Part shown: positions 31,300-35,476 of the stretch, one piece after another
Numbering within the stretch: the first letter of the stretch is position 1
Layout: every line of letters begins with the position of its first letter
Assembly: GCA_964436785.1 (NCBI GenBank)
Contig: CAYTEE010000002.1
Coordinates: 1 to 35,476, forward strand
DNA: 35,476 bases
Source of the DNA: an uncultured Candidatus Saccharibacteria bacterium
GTDB taxonomy: Bacteria > Patescibacteriota > Minisyncoccia > UBA6257 > 2-01-FULL-56-20
Direction: 5' to 3'
The notes under the pieces: generated by a model
Databases searched by the model: none
What the model was told of the DNA's origin: nothing
What the model saw: the letters and a program-made list of their open reading frames with translations, nothing else
Translations under genes and position numbers: made by a program

Positions 31300-31395
31300 G
31301 CTGGACAGCAGATCGGAACTGGCTTTGAGATGGGTCCTCCAAGACCAACCTCTACCTCCTTCATCTGCAATCTGCTGTCCAGCACCACTTTTTTT
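31300..31395 (+). terminator. Orphan long hairpin followed by T7 run (possible 3' end of a small plus-strand transcript)
   Basis: GCTGGACAGCAG (31300-31311) pairs perfectly with CTGCTGTCCAGC (31372-31383). The T-run is at 31389-31395. There is no plus-strand gene upstream. Confidence 0.4.
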
Positions 31396-31410
31396 ATTTA
31401 TAACAAAGGA

Positions 31411-31558
31411 ATGGCATCCCGTCCCCAATTTTGCCGATACTTTCACGGCGACGCACGCCGTAGGCGGTCCTATTCGGACACTGCGTCGCTCCGAAGATGT
31501 ATGCCGTTTGGTGATTCTGGGTTTTTACTTCAAGAGAAGGCAAAATTGGAGAGGGATG
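31411..31558 (+). promoter_or_regulatory. Start-codon-abutting inverted-repeat element, copy E (degenerate, followed by a decoy L27 start)
   Basis: Left ATGGCAT-CCCGTCCCC-AATTTTGCC (31411-31435) and right GGCAAAATT-GGAGAGGG-ATGGCAT (31539-31562), around a 103-nt interior. The ATG at 31556 opens only MAFSS*. Confidence 0.6.
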
Positions 31559-31601
31559 GCATTTTCTAGTTAAATTTTTTCGCTATCGCTCTAAAATTTA
31601 A

Positions 31602-31739
31602 ATCCCTCACCCAAAAAGGATAAACAATTTTATCGAAGCCAAAGCATTACCCAAACAACTATGATTCAGGCAAAAATCAAGGTCAAAAAATATAACAAGG
31701 ACTTGCGGGGGCTTCGCAATCCTTTTTAGGTGAGGGATG
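31602..31739 (+). promoter_or_regulatory. Start-codon-abutting inverted-repeat element, copy D (rpmA leader)
   Basis: Left arm CCCTCACCCAAAAAGGAT (31604-31621) and right arm ATCCTTTTTAGGTGAGGG (31719-31736), 19/20 paired when the AT of the ATG is included. The interior is 97 nt, and the true L27 ATG is at 31737. Confidence 0.75.
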
Positions 31740-32009
31740 GCACATACCAAAGCAGGGGGTTCAACTAAATTAGGAAGAGAATCGCGGTCCCAACGGCTCG
31801 GGGTTAAGTTACAAGACGGCCACAAAGTGATGCCGGGGCAAATTATCATCCGCCAGCGCGGGACAAAATACTTGCCCGGCGCAAACGTTCTCCGCGGAGG
31901 CGACGACACGCTCTACGCCAAGAAAAGCGGCATAGTAAAATTTTCCACAAAAAATAAAATAAAATTCGACGGCTCGCGGCGCACGGCTACGGTTGTCGCT
32001 GTAGTGTAA
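31737..32009 (+). CDS. rpmA: 50S ribosomal protein L27
   Basis: [24 protein letters not shown]... is the canonical L27 N-terminus. Confidence 0.95.
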   Translation: MAHTKAGGSTKLGRESRSQRLGVKLQDGHKVMPGQIIIRQRGTKYLPGANVLRGGDDTLYAKKSGIVKFSTKNKIKFDGSRRTATVVAVV

Positions 32010-32436
32010 CCCGTATTACGGCTTTCCCTCCTTTTTTTAGGCTGACTTCTATTTTGTGCTCGCCGAGTTTCTTCAGCGGATGGTCCATGTGAATTTCGAG
32101 TCGCTCTTTTGTCAGTAACTTTGCGTCTCGGAGCGCGGAAAGTATCATCTCTTTTGTAACCGATCCGAATACGACTCCATCGTCCGTGGCCTTCACGGGA
32201 AAAATAAGCGAGCGCTCCTTAAGCCGTTCGGTAATGGCGGTAAAATGTTTCAGCGCTTCGGATTCTTCCTTCTCATGCTCCCGCCGTTTCGCGTGAAGCG
32301 CCCGAAGCGCGGAGGGCGTTGCCGCTTCCGCAAGTTTTCCGGGAAAAAGAAAATTCCGCGCAAATCCGTCGGAAACATCTTTCACGTCGAACCTTTTTCC
32401 TACATCTTTGACGTCCCGAAGAAGAATGACTCGCAT
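31987..32436 (-). CDS. rplI: 50S ribosomal protein L9
   Basis: [36 protein letters not shown] is the canonical L9 N-domain. Confidence 0.93.
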   Translation of the reverse strand: MRVILLRDVKDVGKRFDVKDVSDGFARNFLFPGKLAEAATPSALRALHAKRREHEKEESEALKHFTAITERLKERSLIFPVKATDDGVVFGSVTKEMILSALRDAKLLTKERLEIHMDHPLKKLGEHKIEVSLKKGGKAVIRVTLQRQP

Positions 32437-32460
32437 TTAATTCCTAAAAAACCCAGCAGA

Positions 32461-33696
32461 TTATAACTTGGAAATTTCTCCGCGGAGCACTTCGATCGCC
32501 TTATCAAGTTGGGGATCCAGCTCTTTTTTGATGTCCGCATCCGTCAATTCGACCGCGACATCCGGCTTAAGCCCGTCTCCTTCGAGGATCTTTCCGCTCG
32601 GGAGCACCCAGTGGGCAATGGTAAGTTTCAACGAGGACCCGTCATGGAGCTCGATAATTTCCTGGACAGTTCCCTTTCCGTACGTTTTCTTCCCCACTAT
32701 CTTTATTTTCCGCTGGTCTCGAAGAGCGCCGGCCAGAATTTCCGACGCGGAAGCGGACCCTTCGTTCACTAAAAGAACGACGGGGAAATTAGTGAGCGCG
32801 GCATCCCCTTTCGCGCGGTATTCGACGCGCTTTCCGTCAGTTCCCTCTTCACTTAACACGAGCGTGTTTTGCGGCAGAAACCGCCCCGCCATATCTACCG
32901 CTACTCCAAGATAACCGCCCGGGTCATTGCGAAGATCGAGAACCATTCCCTTCGCCGCTTTGAACTCCTCGCTCTGGGTCATGTTGTAAAATAGACTCGT
33001 AAGATTCGAGTTAAAGCTGTGGAATTCCACGTGCGCGATATCCCCCTTCATCTCGAAATCCAGCGTGGGAACGCTGATTACTTCGCGAGTGATCTTAAAA
33101 TCTTTTGGTTCTTCCCAGCCGTCCCGCAGAATAGAAAGAACTACCGCGGTGCCTTCTTTCCCGCGGATCATTTGAACCGCTTGGTTGACCTGCAGGCCGG
33201 TTGTAGAAGTTGAATTGATCTCTATGATGTAGTCCCCCGGGCGGAGCCCGGATTTGCTCGCCGGCGTATCCTTGAGCGGCGCGACGATCAGGAGGCGCTC
33301 ATTTTTGATGCCGATCTCCGCGCCGATCCCGCCAAAGTTCCCCTCGATATCTTCCTGGAATTTTTTATTGTCCGGCGGCGAAAAGAATTCGGAGTGCGGA
33401 TCGCCCAACGATCCGACCAATCCGCGGATAGCTCCATATACCCTCGCCTCGCCGCCTATGTCCTTGCTCTTTAAATATTTCGAATTGATCGTATCCCATG
33501 CTTCCCAAAACGTGCTGAAGTTGGTGGGTGCGGAGGATTTCGGCGAATCGATCCCCGAGACATCCTTTATGATCAGGGTTTTCGGAAATTCGGCCCCGGA
33601 ACGGAATCCGGAATAGAACGAAACCATCCCCACTCCAACAAGGAGCGCCAAAAAAATAGCACCGAGAGCGATCCGCCGTTTCAAAATCTCACTCAT
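32461..33696 (-). CDS. S41 carboxy-terminal processing peptidase with PDZ domain
   Basis: N-terminal anchor, a PDZ segment (GLRPGDYIIEIN), the catalytic region LVNEGSASASEILAGAL and GKKTYGKGTVQ. Confidence 0.9.
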   Translation of the reverse strand: MSEILKRRIALGAIFLALLVGVGMVSFYSGFRSGAEFPKTLIIKDVSGIDSPKSSAPTNFSTFWEAWDTINSKYLKSKDIGGEARVYGAIRGLVGSLGDPHSEFFSPPDNKKFQEDIEGNFGGIGAEIGIKNERLLIVAPLKDTPASKSGLRPGDYIIEINSTSTTGLQVNQAVQMIRGKEGTAVVLSILRDGWEEPKDFKITREVISVPTLDFEMKGDIAHVEFHSFNSNLTSLFYNMTQSEEFKAAKGMVLDLRNDPGGYLGVAVDMAGRFLPQNTLVLSEEGTDGKRVEYRAKGDAALTNFPVVLLVNEGSASASEILAGALRDQRKIKIVGKKTYGKGTVQEIIELHDGSSLKLTIAHWVLPSGKILEGDGLKPDVAVELTDADIKKELDPQLDKAIEVLRGEISKL

Positions 33697-33778
33697 GGTA
33701 GACAGTACCGTTCAGTATACCCGTTCCCGCTTCGCGTGTCTATCTTTTTGGGGAAAAACGTAATACCATAGGAACTAT

Positions 33779-34030
33779 ATGGCGAATGGGTATCTCGAGA
33801 CCCTCAAAAAGCGCGGCAAGGAATCCAAGGTCTATCGGGAATATCAGCTTATCGGGCTTGAGATCGCCGACATTTTGAACGATCGGGGGCATAAAGCGCT
33901 CTATATAAAAATAGCGAAAGAGAAAAAAACAACGCACGTAGAACTTCTCCGCATCGCCAAATTGGTGCGCGAAAAACAGAACATAAAGAACCGCGGCGCA
34001 TATTTTATGCGCATTATCACAAAAAAATGA
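33779..34030 (+). CDS. Small basic helical protein, hypothetical
   Basis: 83-aa ORF packed 1 nt upstream of def. The overlapping minus-strand ORF looks spurious. I recognise no family with confidence. Confidence 0.5.
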   Translation: MANGYLETLKKRGKESKVYREYQLIGLEIADILNDRGHKALYIKIAKEKKTTHVELLRIAKLVREKQNIKNRGAYFMRIITKK

Positions 34031-34031
34031 C

Positions 34032-34562
34032 ATGGAACCCAAAATACTCAAAATAGCCGACCGGAAAGAGGAGCGGTTTTTGCGCAAAGCGACCAAAGAG
34101 TTCCGGTTCCCGGCAGATCCCGCGGAAGTCAAAAAGCTTATCGAGATCATGAAAAAGGCCATGCGCAAGGCGAACGGGGTTGGCCTTTCCGCAAATCAGA
34201 TAGGCATCCCGCACAAGGTTTTCGTCGCCGAAGTTCCGGACCAAAACGGAGGAAATAAGTTTTACGCGGTTTTCAACCCGAAGATCGAAAAAAAATCGAG
34301 CGGCACGGTGGATTTTGAAGAAGGGTGCCTAAGCGTCCCCGGAATGTTCGGCTCCGTGCCGAGGCCGGAAAAGATCACGATAAGCGGGCTCGACAAGGGC
34401 GGGAAGCCGCTCAAGATAAAAGCGTGGGGGCTTCTCGCGCGGGTGTTCCAGCATGAGATAGATCACTTGGGCGGCGCGCTCTTTATCGACAAGGCAAAAA
34501 TGATTTATAAAATCCCGGAGTCGGAGCGCCTGCGCAAGAAAAGCCAACTGGCTAATGACTAA
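34032..34562 (+). CDS. def: Peptide deformylase
   Basis: GVGLSANQIG, EGCLSVPG and QHEIDHL motifs are all present. Confidence 0.93.
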   Translation: MEPKILKIADRKEERFLRKATKEFRFPADPAEVKKLIEIMKKAMRKANGVGLSANQIGIPHKVFVAEVPDQNGGNKFYAVFNPKIEKKSSGTVDFEEGCLSVPGMFGSVPRPEKITISGLDKGGKPLKIKAWGLLARVFQHEIDHLGGALFIDKAKMIYKIPESERLRKKSQLAND

Positions 34563-34685
34563 TTGACCTAATTGCTCTAATTTCTAATCAAATCCCGATG
34601 CCAAAATATCTAATGTCAAAATTGGTCATTCAGTCATTTGCGATTAATTAGACCAATTAGGAATTAGGTTAATTAGAAATTCATC

Positions 34686-35476
34686 ATGAAATATGTTTTT
34701 TTCGGAACGCCGGATTTTGCGGCGATCATCCTCCAGAAACTGTGCACGGGCGGCCTCATACCTCTCGCGGTCGTCACTAACCCCGATCGCCCGTTCGGAC
34801 GGAAAAAAGTCATCACTCCCCCGCCGGCGAAGCGCGTAGCGCGCGAATACGGCATTCCCGTACTCCAGCCGGAGACGATAACCTCTGATTTTCTTAAAGA
34901 ACTGCGCGGGATCGCGGCGGATCTTTTTATCGTAGCCGCGTATGCGAAGATACTTCCCGCGGATATTATCAGCCTGCCTCCGCGGGGCGTGCTCGGCGTG
35001 CATCCCTCTCTCCTTCCGAAGCTTCGCGGCACAACCCCCATCCAGACCGCGATCCTAAACGGAGACGAAAACGCCGGAACCACCATATTTCTTTTGGACG
35101 AGAAGGTTGACCATGGCCGTATCCTCGCGCAAGCATCCGTTCCGATAGAGAGGAAAAATTACGAAGCGCTCGCGCGCGCCCTTGCGGAATTGTCCGCAGA
35201 TCTGCTTATTGGGGCGCTTCCAAAGTGGGAACGCGGAGAATTCACGCCGGTTCCCCAGGACGAAACGCAGGCCACGTTCACCAAAAAATTCTCCGCCGAA
35301 GACGGGCATATTCCCATGGAAGAACTTGAGCGCGCGCGCCGGAACGACCGTTCCCTCGCGGAACGGATCGAGCGAACGATCAGGGCCTTAAACCCGGAAC
35401 CGGGCGTATACACCCTAAAAGACGGAAAGCGGATAAAACTTCTCGAAGCCGAGATCGGCGGAAATTCGTTGCATGT
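34686..35476 (+). CDS. fmt: Methionyl-tRNA formyltransferase (3' end runs off the window)
   Basis: My own translation from ATG 34686 is MKYVFFGTPDFAAIILQKL...NPDRPFGRKK...HPSLLPKLRGTTPIQTAILNGDENAGTTIF, open to the window end. It is absent from the ORF track because it has no stop inside the window. Confidence 0.88.
   Translation, partial: MKYVFFGTPDFAAIILQKLCTGGLIPLAVVTNPDRPFGRKKVITPPPAKRVAREYGIPVLQPETITSDFLKELRGIAADLFIVAAYAKILPADIISLPPRGVLGVHPSLLPKLRGTTPIQTAILNGDENAGTTIFLLDEKVDHGRILAQASVPIERKNYEALARALAELSADLLIGALPKWERGEFTPVPQDETQATFTKKFSAEDGHIPMEELERARRNDRSLAERIERTIRALNPEPGVYTLKDGKRIKLLEAEIGGNSLH

Noticed and set aside
31325-31573. Two overlapping plus-strand ORFs (82 and 79 aa) in the rpmA upstream spacer
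   Set aside because: They run through the orphan hairpin, the T-run and inverted-repeat element E. Their translations are Arg/Cys/Pro-rich nonsense. The only noteworthy part is the frame open across element E, which is discussed in the findings.

Overview
All calls were made by eye from the sequence and the supplied ORF track, with no software, so homology calls are motif or family-level recognition. The window is a dense, mostly plus-strand chromosomal segment of a small-genome bacterium. Its gene style suggests an uncultivated Patescibacteria/CPR (Parcubacteria-like) organism, but that is inference only. The housekeeping backbone is an ABC-2 exporter pair, recO, glyQS, murA, mreB, holB, frr, rseP, ftsW, murG, gltX, murE, murC, ddl, rpmA, rplI, def and fmt (3' partial). 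It also includes two M23 peptidases, an S41 protease and a PolB-like 3'-5' exonuclease. I found no rRNA, tRNA, CRISPR array or transposase. The accessory or unusual content is as follows. (1) Five ~110-150-nt inverted-repeat elements each end exactly at the start codon of the downstream gene (surface protein gene, glyQS, murE, and two in tandem before rpmA). Their outer arm CCCTCACC/GGTGAGGG is conserved and their inner arm co-varies; this is my top candidate for something undescribed. (2) A self-contained 2.4-kb three-gene surface-protein cassette (Ig-like protein, dockerin mini-protein, membrane-anchored cohesin protein) is bracketed by a ~120-bp direct duplication of the recO 5' end. (3) Intergenic spacers are built from degenerate 7-nt tandem repeats loaded with stop codons. 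The GTAG-type repeat also occurs in antisense orientation, in frame, inside murC. (4) Short GC-rich palindromes sit in frame inside glyQS, rseP and murC. (5) A 596-aa cysteine-rich protein of unknown function has internal module duplications and a decayed paralogous fragment upstream. (6) A RelE/ParE toxin-antitoxin pair is translationally coupled to murA. (7) A free-standing, AT-rich LAGLIDADG endonuclease gene sits inside the mur cluster. (8) A D-aminoacylase-family protein has lost its HxH metal motif, and MurE lacks its N-terminal domain.
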